A DNA stretch of 64,000 bases, taken from the NCBI GenBank assembly GCA_965220205.1, contig OZ244812.1, positions 1,447,675-1,511,674 on the forward strand, in the 5' to 3' direction. This stretch comes from Dehalococcoidia bacterium. Its GTDB lineage: Bacteria; Chloroflexota; Dehalococcoidia; Lucifugimonadales; Australimonadaceae. The notes beneath the pieces are model-generated. The model was not told the origin of the DNA and did no database searches. It saw only the letters and a program-made list of their open reading frames with translations. Shown here one piece after another: positions 8,637 to 18,138 of the stretch. The position numbers and the translations under genes were made by a program. Positions within the stretch are counted from its first letter, which is position 1; the number at the start of each line of letters is the position of its first letter.

Positions 8637-10492
8637 TGGCAACGACCGGCACGCAGCGGCCCACGGGGAGCCGATCTCTCGGCGCCAACCTCGACGAGAT
8701 ATTCCTCGGGAACATCTACGACGCCACGGTGGTCCGCCGCCTCGTGCGCTACGCGATGGCCTACCGCCGTACGTTCGTCGTAGCGCTGCTTGGCATGGCC
8801 GGCTACATCATCGCCATCGTCAGCCAACCGCTCATCCTCGCGTGGGGCATCGACGGGTTCATCGCGCCCCAGCCCGGCGAGGACCGATTCGGCAATCTCA
8901 CAATGGCGGCTGTCGTCCTGCTGCTGGACACGGCGCTGCTGGGCGTGTCGCAGTACGTCCAATTCCGCGCTCTGGCGCGCCTGAGCACGCGCATCCTGTT
9001 CGACCTGCGCCAGGACATGTTCGTCCACCTCCAGCGACAGCCGACGGCGTTCTATGACCGGAACGAGGTTGGCCGCATCATGTCCCGGGTGCAGAACGAC
9101 GTCCTGGCGCTTCAGGAGTTCATGGAACTGAGCCTGCCGACCATCGCGGACATCCTGCTGCTCGGCGCCATCGCCGCCACGATGCTTGCGACAGACTTCG
9201 ACCTAGCCCTCGTGGCGATCCTCCCGATTCCACTGATGGCGGGGATCATGATTGTGTGGCAGCGCCACGCCAAGCCGACGTTCCTGCGTATCCGCGCAGC
9301 CATCTCCGCCGTGAACGCGAGCCTCCAAGAGGGCATCACCGGCGTCAGGGTCGCCCAGAGCATGAACCGCGAGCCCGTCAACCTCTCCCGGTTCGATCGG
9401 CTCAACACCAATCATCGCAACGCCGCCATCCGCGGCGGCTTCCTCTCCGGGATGCTGATGCCACCGATAGAGATGATCTCGATGGCGTCGATTGGCCTCG
9501 TGATTGTGTTCGGAGGCCAGCGGGTGATCGACGGCGACCTCCAAGTCGGGGTGCTCTTTGCGTTCGTCGTGTTCCTGCTCAGGTTCTTCGAGCCGATCCG
9601 TTTGATGACGATCGAGTTCACGCAGCTCCAGAAGGCGATGGCGTCGGGCGCGCGTATCTTCGAGTTGCTGGACATTGAGCCCGACCTGTCCGACCGCCAG
9701 GGCGCCCAGGCGATGCCCCCCATCCGCGGCCGGGTCGAGTTCCGCGACGTGACGTTCGGCTACGTTCCCGGCATCCCGGTGCTCGAGCACATCAACCTCG
9801 TCATCGAGCCGGGGGAGTCGGTGGCGTTCGTCGGTCTGACCGGAGCCGGCAAGACGTCGATTATCTCGCTGGCCCAGCGCTTCTACGACGTCACGGAGGG
9901 ACAGGTGCTCGTGGACGGCGTGGACGTGCGGGACGTGACTCGCGAGTCGCTGGCGTCGCAGATGAGCGTTGTGCTGCAAGAGCCGTTCCTCTACTCGGAG
10001 TCGGTGCGGGCGAACATCCGGTACAACCACGACGACGTGACGGACGAGCAGGTCGAGGATGCGGCGAAGGCGGTGGGCGCTCACGAGTTCATCACGCGCC
10101 TGCCCCGCGGCTACGACACCGTCCTCGAACAGCGCGGCGCGAACCTCAGCATGGGCCAGCGGGCGCTCGCCAGCATGGCGCGCGCCGTCGTGTCCGACCC
10201 CCGCATCCTGATCCTCGACGAGGCGACCGCGAACATGGACTCGGAGACGGAGCACCGCCTGCAGGAGGCGCTCAAGATCGTACTCAAGGGCCGTACGTCG
10301 ATGATCATCGCCCACCGGCTATCGACAATCACCGGTTCCGACAAGATCGTAGTGCTCGACCGCGGCCGAATCGTCGACGTGGGCACACACCAAGAGTTGC
10401 TGGACCGAGGCGGCGTTTACGCCAAGCTGTACGCCATGAACTTCGACGAGGACGCGCCGCTGGACGATTGGGCGGGCAGCGTTACCATCTAG
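8636..10492 (+). CDS. ABC exporter, fused permease/ATPase (heterodimer subunit 2)
   Basis: Start overlaps the previous stop (ATGA-type coupling); Walker A GLTGAGKTS, degenerate signature LSMGQRAL, Walker B ILILDE. Confidence 0.9.
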   Translation: MATTGTQRPTGSRSLGANLDEIFLGNIYDATVVRRLVRYAMAYRRTFVVALLGMAGYIIAIVSQPLILAWGIDGFIAPQPGEDRFGNLTMAAVVLLLDTALLGVSQYVQFRALARLSTRILFDLRQDMFVHLQRQPTAFYDRNEVGRIMSRVQNDVLALQEFMELSLPTIADILLLGAIAATMLATDFDLALVAILPIPLMAGIMIVWQRHAKPTFLRIRAAISAVNASLQEGITGVRVAQSMNREPVNLSRFDRLNTNHRNAAIRGGFLSGMLMPPIEMISMASIGLVIVFGGQRVIDGDLQVGVLFAFVVFLLRFFEPIRLMTIEFTQLQKAMASGARIFELLDIEPDLSDRQGAQAMPPIRGRVEFRDVTFGYVPGIPVLEHINLVIEPGESVAFVGLTGAGKTSIISLAQRFYDVTEGQVLVDGVDVRDVTRESLASQMSVVLQEPFLYSESVRANIRYNHDDVTDEQVEDAAKAVGAHEFITRLPRGYDTVLEQRGANLSMGQRALASMARAVVSDPRILILDEATANMDSETEHRLQEALKIVLKGRTSMIIAHRLSTITGSDKIVVLDRGRIVDVGTHQELLDRGGVYAKLYAMNFDEDAPLDDWAGSVTI

Positions 10493-10548
10493 CGCGGCCA
10501 TGACGGAGGGCCGCCCCGGCGCTTTCCGGAGGACGGCGAGACTACCTG

Positions 10549-11706
10549 ATGACGCAGAGCTCACCCCACGTTGACGACATTCGCGCCGCTGTGCGCGAGG
10601 TCTGCGGCAAGTACGGGGATGCGTACTGGCGCGGCCTCGACCGTGAAGGAGCCTACCCCGAGGAGTTCGTGCGCGAGATGACCGAGCTCGGCTGGCTCGC
10701 CGCGCTCGTGCCCGAGCAGTACGGCGGGGGCGGCATGAGCGTCGCCGAGGCGTGCGTCATTCTCGAGGAAATCAACCGCTCAGGCGGGCACGGCGCCTCC
10801 TGCCACGCGCAGATGTACACGATGGGGGTGCTGCTGCGTCACGGCAGCGAGGAGCAGAAGGAGCGCTACCTGCCCGGCGTCGCCGCCGGCGATCTCCGGC
10901 TGCAAGCGTTCGCGGTCACGGAGCCGGACGCAGGCTCCGAGACGACGCGCATCCAGACCACGGCGATGCGGCGGGGCGACCGGTACGTCGTCAACGGTCA
11001 GAAGGTGTTCATCTCCCGCGTGCTGCAGTCGGACCTGATGGTGCTGCTGGCCCGGACGACGCCCTACGAGGAGCTCGACGATAAGACGCGGGGCCTGTCC
11101 GTGTTCCTGGTCGACCTCCGGCAAGCGGGCGAACATCTGCGCGTCGAGCCGCTGGACGTGATGTTCAATCACCACACGAACGCCCTCTTCTTCGACGACC
11201 TCGAGGTCCCCGCCGAGAACCTCATCGGCGAGGAGGGGATGGGGTTTCGCTACATCATCGACTCGTGGAACGTCGAACGCATCCTCATCGCTTCGGAGGC
11301 GATAGGCGACGGCGATTGGTTCGTCGAGAAGGCGTCCGCCTACGCCGCCGGACGGGAGGTGTTCGGCCGGCCCATCGGCGCGAACCAAGGCGTGCAATTC
11401 CCCATCGCGCAGGCCTACGCCCACGTCCGGGCAGCAGACCTCATGCGGTCCGACGCGGCGGGCAAGTACGACCGCGGCGAGCGCTGCGGCGCGGAGGCCA
11501 ACATGGCGAAGCTGCTGGCCTCCGAGGCTTCCTGGGAGGCGGCCAACGTCTGCATGAACACCTACGGCGGCTACGCCTTCGCCGCCGACTACGACGTCGA
11601 GCGCAAGTTCCGCGAGACGCGCCTGCTCATGTCCGCGCCCGTCACGAACAACTTAGTGCTGGCGTTCCTAGGCCAGAACGTCCTGGGCATGCCGCGGTCA
11701 TACTGA
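10549..11706 (+). CDS. acyl-CoA dehydrogenase family protein
   Basis: 385 aa; FAVTEPDAGSE, ...YGGYAFAADYDVERKFRETRL, typical ACAD layout. Confidence 0.85.
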   Translation: MTQSSPHVDDIRAAVREVCGKYGDAYWRGLDREGAYPEEFVREMTELGWLAALVPEQYGGGGMSVAEACVILEEINRSGGHGASCHAQMYTMGVLLRHGSEEQKERYLPGVAAGDLRLQAFAVTEPDAGSETTRIQTTAMRRGDRYVVNGQKVFISRVLQSDLMVLLARTTPYEELDDKTRGLSVFLVDLRQAGEHLRVEPLDVMFNHHTNALFFDDLEVPAENLIGEEGMGFRYIIDSWNVERILIASEAIGDGDWFVEKASAYAAGREVFGRPIGANQGVQFPIAQAYAHVRAADLMRSDAAGKYDRGERCGAEANMAKLLASEASWEAANVCMNTYGGYAFAADYDVERKFRETRLLMSAPVTNNLVLAFLGQNVLGMPRSY

Positions 11707-11713
11707 CTCGAGG

Positions 11714-12193
11714 CTACTTGAGGATGACGGTTCCAGTGAAGCTTCCCAGGTCGTCGAGGAACTCTCGATATTGCCCGTAGGCATCGGGATGCTCGGACTC
11801 ATTGAGAAACTGAGCGTCCGTTGTTTCACCGGTCTCCCTGACCAAGTCACCATCCCACTGGTCAATCCTGAATGCGAACACCAGACCTTGGCAATCGTCG
11901 CCATAGGCACTCTTGAATGTCATGTTGTCGCCAGAGTACACAGCGACTAGTGTTGCAGAGACCACGTCGAGCCCAGTCTCCTCCTTGACCTCGCGCTGGA
12001 GAGCCTCGAAGACTGTCTCTCTGAGTTCGATACTGCCAGCGGGCATACCCCACTTTCCGTTGTCCCTCCTCCGTATGAACAAGACCTGGCCGTGTTGGTC
12101 ACGCATCTGGCCGCGCACTCCAGGAGTCAGGAGCATCTGATTGCCTACCAACTTCCTCAAGCGACCTACATAGGACTCTTCGTAGGATGACAA
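11714..12193 (-). CDS. NUDIX hydrolase
   Basis: Nudix box GKWGMPAGSIELRETVFEALQREVKEETGLDV; visibly lower G+C than its neighbours. Confidence 0.8.
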   Translation of the reverse strand: MSSYEESYVGRLRKLVGNQMLLTPGVRGQMRDQHGQVLFIRRRDNGKWGMPAGSIELRETVFEALQREVKEETGLDVVSATLVAVYSGDNMTFKSAYGDDCQGLVFAFRIDQWDGDLVRETGETTDAQFLNESEHPDAYGQYREFLDDLGSFTGTVILK

Positions 12194-12312
12194 GCTTGGT
12201 CCTCCACCTTACTTCTGGGGGGGCTGACGCCACGCCGACGAATGTGGCACGTCCCCGTATGAGCACACTCAACGAGAATGCCCCACTCGAAAGTTCTGGC
12301 TACAGTAAGGCC

Positions 12313-12389
12313 TGGTGCCCCCGGCAGGACTCGAACCCGCGACGCCCTGGTTAAAAGCCAGGCGCTCTAACCATCTGAGCTACGGGGGC
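12313..12389 (-). tRNA. tRNA-Lys (anticodon UUU), CCA encoded
   Basis: Reverse complement GCCCCCGTAGCTCAGATGGTTAGAGCGCCTGGCTTTTAACCAGGGCGTCGCGGGTTCGAGTCCTGCCGGGGGCACCA folds as a cloverleaf; anticodon loop CUUUUAA. Confidence 0.93.
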
Positions 12390-12445
12390 AGACACCGCCC
12401 CCTATCATACGCCCCGGCGGCCCCTTGGGGGCCGGACGATGCGGC

Positions 12446-13123
12446 CTAGCGAACGCGGGAGAAGAACGCGGTCAAGCGGTCGAAGGGCCAGTAGGCCAGC
12501 GACACCTCGCCGATGACGTTCTTCCTTGGCACGTCGCCCCAATGACGAGAATCGTCGCTCTGCGCCCTGTTGTCCCCCAAAACGAAGTAGCTGTCGGGGT
12601 CTACAGTTCGCGCCGCCAGCGACTGCCGCGTGCGGTGCTCCACGTACGGCTCGTCGAGCGGTTCGCCGTTCACCCTGACAGTGCCGCGGTCTATCTTGAT
12701 ATGGTCGCCCGGCAGGCCAATCACGCGCTTGACGAAGTTCTGCTCAGGATCGACCGGCCAGAGGAACACAATGACGTCGCCGCGTTCCGGCGCGTGAAAC
12801 GGATGCCACACCTCGCCCGGTTCCGGGTCGAAGCCCGGCGTGAACCGCCCTACCCGCTCAGCCTCGATCTTCGTATAGACGACCCGGTTCACCAGCACGC
12901 GGTCTTGGTCTGCCAAGGCCGGGTCCATGCTGGGGCCGTTCACCTGGTAGTTCTGGACCGTCGTCTGGATGAGCAGGACCAGGAACACGGCGAGCGCGAT
13001 GGTCTCGATTGCTTCGCGGATGGCTGATCGCATGATGACGAAGGGGCCGGGAGCCGTGAGTATATCAAGTGCGGCGCGGACCCCGCGGAGCCGTGTCCGC
13101 CGCCCATCGAACGTCGGAACCAC
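12446..13123 (-). CDS. lepB: signal peptidase I
   Basis: NGPSMDPAL (catalytic Ser box), RVIGLPGD, GDNRAQSDDSRHWG; an alternative start at ATG 13033 is possible. Confidence 0.9.
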   Translation of the reverse strand: MVPTFDGRRTRLRGVRAALDILTAPGPFVIMRSAIREAIETIALAVFLVLLIQTTVQNYQVNGPSMDPALADQDRVLVNRVVYTKIEAERVGRFTPGFDPEPGEVWHPFHAPERGDVIVFLWPVDPEQNFVKRVIGLPGDHIKIDRGTVRVNGEPLDEPYVEHRTRQSLAARTVDPDSYFVLGDNRAQSDDSRHWGDVPRKNVIGEVSLAYWPFDRLTAFFSRVR

Positions 13124-13189
13124 GCAGGCTCGTCGCTGGTACCCTGTGGTGGGGCGTCAACGCAAACGAGCCGGCAGTGGAGGTTTCAC

Positions 13190-14020
13190 GTGGCCAAGAC
13201 GCAGCAGACCGTTCGAACCTGGACCTTGCGGATGCTCGTCTTCGCAACCGTCCTGGCGCTGGGCGCCCTGCTCGCTGGCTGCTCAGACACGGACGACAGC
13301 GATGCCGACCGCGCCGACGTCATCGCCGCTGAGTTGGAAGCCCTGAAGAGGGCGTTCCCCACGGCGGAGAAAGCTGGCGACGTCCGACAAGGAGGCATCC
13401 ACGCCCACGGCACAGGCGTCACGACCGGCGAGGCCGATATCGCTGTCCTCACGCTCGCAGCCCAAGCTCGCCGCGAAACGGTCACGGACGCCCGCGACGA
13501 CGCCGCCCGGGCCATGGACGGCATACTCGGCGCGCTGCGAGACGCCGCCATCGCCGACGGGGACATCGAGACAGCCAGATTCTCTATTCAGCCTCGCTAC
13601 GAGTATCCGCCCAACAGCACTCCGCGGCTGAGCGGGTACGAGGTCACGAACACCATCGCCGTCACCGTCCGAGACCTCGACAGCCTCCCCATGGTCATCG
13701 ACAACGCGGTCACGGCGGGCGGCGACGCCACACGCATCGACGGCGTGAGGTACGAGATCGAAGACCCGAGCGTTCTCGAACAGGAGGCGCGCCTGCTTGC
13801 GTTGCAGGACGCTATCGCGAAGGCGGACATCTACGCCGAACAGACCGGGGTGCAACGGGGCAAGCTGACCTATGTCGTCGAGACCAGCCAGGACGTCCTT
13901 TTCCGTGAGTCGGGCGCGCTCCTACGGACGGCGGATGCCGCGTTTGCCCCGCCGACCCAACTGTTCACGCCGGAGCTTCAGGTGCGCATCGACGTGCAGG
14001 CAGTTTTCCGGATCGAGTAG
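13190..14020 (+). CDS. SIMPL (DUF541) domain lipoprotein
   Basis: GTG after GGAGG; lipobox LLAGCS; C-terminal SIMPL-like YEVTNTIAVTVRDLD...AKADIYAEQTG. Confidence 0.75.
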   Translation: MAKTQQTVRTWTLRMLVFATVLALGALLAGCSDTDDSDADRADVIAAELEALKRAFPTAEKAGDVRQGGIHAHGTGVTTGEADIAVLTLAAQARRETVTDARDDAARAMDGILGALRDAAIADGDIETARFSIQPRYEYPPNSTPRLSGYEVTNTIAVTVRDLDSLPMVIDNAVTAGGDATRIDGVRYEIEDPSVLEQEARLLALQDAIAKADIYAEQTGVQRGKLTYVVETSQDVLFRESGALLRTADAAFAPPTQLFTPELQVRIDVQAVFRIE

Positions 14021-14098
14021 CGCGTCCTGAGACATCCGGGCGTCGGCCCGCGCGAACGCCTTAGGGGTAGTCTGAATAAATACGTGGAAGTGACATAG

Positions 14099-14170
14099 CC
14101 TCCTCCCCGTCTGCGGGGAGGCTCATACTCCTCCTCCCCACGGCTCTGCGGGGGAGGATTGAGGAGGGGG
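14099..14170. terminator. pair of related G+C hairpins between convergent genes
   Basis: cctcctccccgtctgcggggagg (14099-14121) and ctcctcctccccacggctctgcgggggaggattgaggag (14128-14167) share the motif CCTCCCC-N-GGGGAGG; no U-tract. Confidence 0.35.
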
Positions 14171-14198
14171 CCCTTGGTGAGACGTGTCAACGGCCCGG

Positions 14199-15020
14199 CT
14201 ACGTCTCCAACGGCGTGTCGTCGCGGTTGGCCCACTGCCCCATCGAGCCGTCGTACATACAGACCTGGGGATGGCCAATCAGCGTTAGCGCGAACGCTGC
14301 GTGCGCCGCACGCACTCCGCCCTGTCAGTAGACATGGACGGTCGTTTCCGGCGTCACGCCAAGGCCGGCGACAAGCGCTGCGAGCTCGTCAGCCGACTTG
14401 AACGTGCCGTCTTCGTTGACCAGATGCACCCACTCCAAATGCTTGGCGCCCGGGACGTGTCCCACCCGCGCGTTCCCTCGTGAGTTCGCGCCCGTGAACT
14501 CATCCTCCGTGCGCACGTCCCAAATGACGGCGTCGTCCCGGCCAACGGCAGCCTGGAGCTTCTCTGCGGTCGACTCAATGCCGTGGTCCGGCGGCTTCGG
14601 CGTGAAGGCGCCCCCGGGGGCGACGGCCGCAGGGCCCGTCTCGATCGGCCGGCCCTCCGCGGACCACTTGGCCCACCCGCCGTTCAGCACTCTGACGTTG
14701 GTGTGTCCGTAGTACGTGAGCACCCACCACAGGCGCGCGGCGTCCCGGCACAGGAAGCGGTCGTAGCCGACCACCAGCGTATCGTCGCCGATCCCCACCG
14801 ACTCGAACCACGCCTTCGCCTCGTCGGCCGGCGCGACCAGTCTCGTGTTGACGGATCCCTTGATCTGCCATGTCGGGGAGAGGGCGGCGCCGGGGATGTG
14901 TCCGCCCTCGAAGGAGCTCCCGTCTTGGGCCATCTCCACGACCTGCACGTTGGGGTCGCCGAGGCGCTCAGCGAGCCACTCCGTCTCGACTAGCAGATCA
15001 GTCCTCGGGTAATCGGCCAT
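14199..15020 (-). CDS. two-domain rhodanese (thiosulfate/3-mercaptopyruvate sulfurtransferase-like) with in-frame TGA at the catalytic Cys codon: candidate selenoprotein (or recent pseudogene)
   Basis: ATG 15020 preceded by GGAGG. The track ORF ends ...TTVHVY at TGA 14327-14325. The same frame continues QGGVRAAHAAFALTLIGHPQVCMYDGSMGQWANRDDTPLET to TAG 14201-14199. The TGA sits where C of the CxxGxR active-site loop belongs. Confidence 0.75.
14290..14320 (-). other. SECIS-like stem-loop 3' of the rhodanese TGA
   Basis: mRNA GCGGA-G-UGCGUGC-GGC-GCACGCA-GCG-UUCGC; the 7-bp upper stem starts 11 nt after UGA and the G-rich apical loop lies at +21 to +23. Confidence 0.45.
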
Positions 15021-15109
15021 CCGGCGCCTCCGCGTGGACAACTACGGCTGGGAGGAACATGAGCACGTACGCGGGGCCGCTGTCCCCGAATCACCCGGAG
15101 AGCCGTCGC

Positions 15110-16081
15110 CTATGCGCGGGCGGGCATGGCGAGGTGTCCGACGCGATGATTCTCCTGCGTACATTCCGCCGCAGTGTACTCCAGCTGGAGGGTTATGTGC
15201 GTGAGGCCGAAACCGTAGCCGATCTTCCGCAGCTTGCTGAGCAACTCCGGCGCGTGTTCCCGCTCGGCAGGGTCTACGAGCACGTGAGCCGTGAGCGCGT
15301 TGTAACCGGAGGTGATGGTCCAGGCGTGCAGGTCGTGCACCAAGTTCACGCCCTGCACGTCCTCCATATCGCCGCAGAGCCGGGAGATGTCCACGTGCTC
15401 GGGCGTCCCCTCCAGCAGCACCTTGAACACCCGCATGAACAGGCCCCAAGAGCTCTTCAGGATGAGCAGGCCGATGCCGACGCTGAGGATCGGGTCAACG
15501 ATCCACCAGTTGAGACTCAACACCAAGACGCCGGAAACGACCACGCCGATGGAGCCGAGGAGGTCCGCCATCACGTGCCGGAATGCGCCCTCGACGTTCA
15601 GGCTCTCCCCTGACGCGCGATGGAGCACCCAAGCGGCAACGATGTTGACGAGAAGTCCTGCCGCGCCGACGCTCAAGAGCAGGACGCCCTCGATCTCAGG
15701 CGGTTCGGAGAAACGGTGGTACGCCTCGAAGAATATCCAACCAGCAATCAGCCAGAGGCTGAGCGTGTTGAGCAGCGCGGCCAGCACCTCCGTACGGTAG
15801 TACCCGAACGTGCGCTCGGCGGACGCAGGCTTGTTCGCCATCCACATGGCGAACAAGGCCAGAGCGATGGCGGCGCCGTCCGTGAGCATGTGCGCGGCGT
15901 CTGCCGCCAGCGCAAGGCTCCCTGACAAGACGCTGCCGACGAGCTCCACCACCATGAAGGAGCTGATCAACGTTAGGGCTATAACCAGACTGCGCTTGCT
16001 CGCCCCGCGCGGGTCGTGGGCGTGCTCGTCGTGCGCAGCGCGGTCGTGACCCTCGTGAGCTGGGCCTTGCTCGGATGTCAT
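15110..16081 (-). CDS. cation diffusion facilitator (CzcD/ZitB-like) metal efflux transporter
   Basis: His-rich N-terminus, six TM segments, [12 protein letters not shown] and [11 protein letters not shown] motifs, C-terminal cytoplasmic domain. Confidence 0.88.
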   Translation of the reverse strand: MTSEQGPAHEGHDRAAHDEHAHDPRGASKRSLVIALTLISSFMVVELVGSVLSGSLALAADAAHMLTDGAAIALALFAMWMANKPASAERTFGYYRTEVLAALLNTLSLWLIAGWIFFEAYHRFSEPPEIEGVLLLSVGAAGLLVNIVAAWVLHRASGESLNVEGAFRHVMADLLGSIGVVVSGVLVLSLNWWIVDPILSVGIGLLILKSSWGLFMRVFKVLLEGTPEHVDISRLCGDMEDVQGVNLVHDLHAWTITSGYNALTAHVLVDPAEREHAPELLSKLRKIGYGFGLTHITLQLEYTAAECTQENHRVGHLAMPARA

Positions 16082-16321
16082 AACGGCGCCTGTTCCTTAG
16101 TCCAGTTCCTATCCAGGACGCAGATTCGGCGGTTCCCCGACTTGCCGCGCCGCCGCTTAGACCGCTGCCGGCAGTCTACAACCGGCGAGTGTGACTCTGC
16201 CGGACCTCTATCAGGCAGCGCGCGCTGCGACCGCCGCACTCGACGAGGAGGCCGGGGAAAGTCCCTCGGCTATACTTACGCATGCCGCGCAACGGCCAGT
16301 TGCGCAGGCTGTGGAGGAACT

Positions 16322-17662
<1,341 letters not shown>

Positions 17663-17665
17663 AAT

Positions 17666-18022
17666 GTGAGCATGAGTGAGACCTACGCAGTCCTGACGCT
17701 ATCCGGCGCCGCCGCGACGGACACCTTACGATGCCTCGTCGACACGGGCGCAACCTTCACCAAGATTCCCGCCGCGCTGGGGGAGCGGCTGGCTTGGAGA
17801 TCGTCAGTGAAGTACAGGTCGAGTTGTCCGACGGCCGCGTGGCCGCCAGGAGCCTGGCCCCTCGCAGACGCGCAACTGGATGGCGTGAGGAGTCCCGTGC
17901 TGGTTGCCTTGGCCGAGGATGGAGCCGAGCCGCTCATCGGCGTGACGACGCTCGAGAACCTCGGTTTCAAAGTCGACCCCATAGCCGAGCGCCTCGAGCC
18001 GCGGGCGGCGATTGAGTATTAG
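17666..18022 (+). CDS. retropepsin-like (clan AA) aspartic protease, with internally frame-scrambled segment
   Basis: LVDTGAT active-site motif and C-terminal PLIGVTTLENLGFKVD; the middle ~24 codons read better in another frame (see finding). Confidence 0.6.
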   Translation: MSMSETYAVLTLSGAAATDTLRCLVDTGATFTKIPAALGERLAWRSSVKYRSSCPTAAWPPGAWPLADAQLDGVRSPVLVALAEDGAEPLIGVTTLENLGFKVDPIAERLEPRAAIEY

Positions 18023-18138
18023 GCGTCGCGCCCCGTACAGCGCCGTCTCGGCGAGGGGGATCCGAGGGCTCGGCGCCCGCCCCTAGCCGCTTGCGCTATC
18101 CTCCCCCAGCCCCTACGCCCCGACACAGGCAAGGAGCC

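Noticed and set aside
16082-16321. T-box riboswitch upstream of glyQS
   Set aside because: I looked for the conserved T-box sequence (AANNNGGGTGGNACCGCG) and a GGC specifier context and found neither. Only a generic hairpin (CCGGCAG...CTGCCGG) is present.
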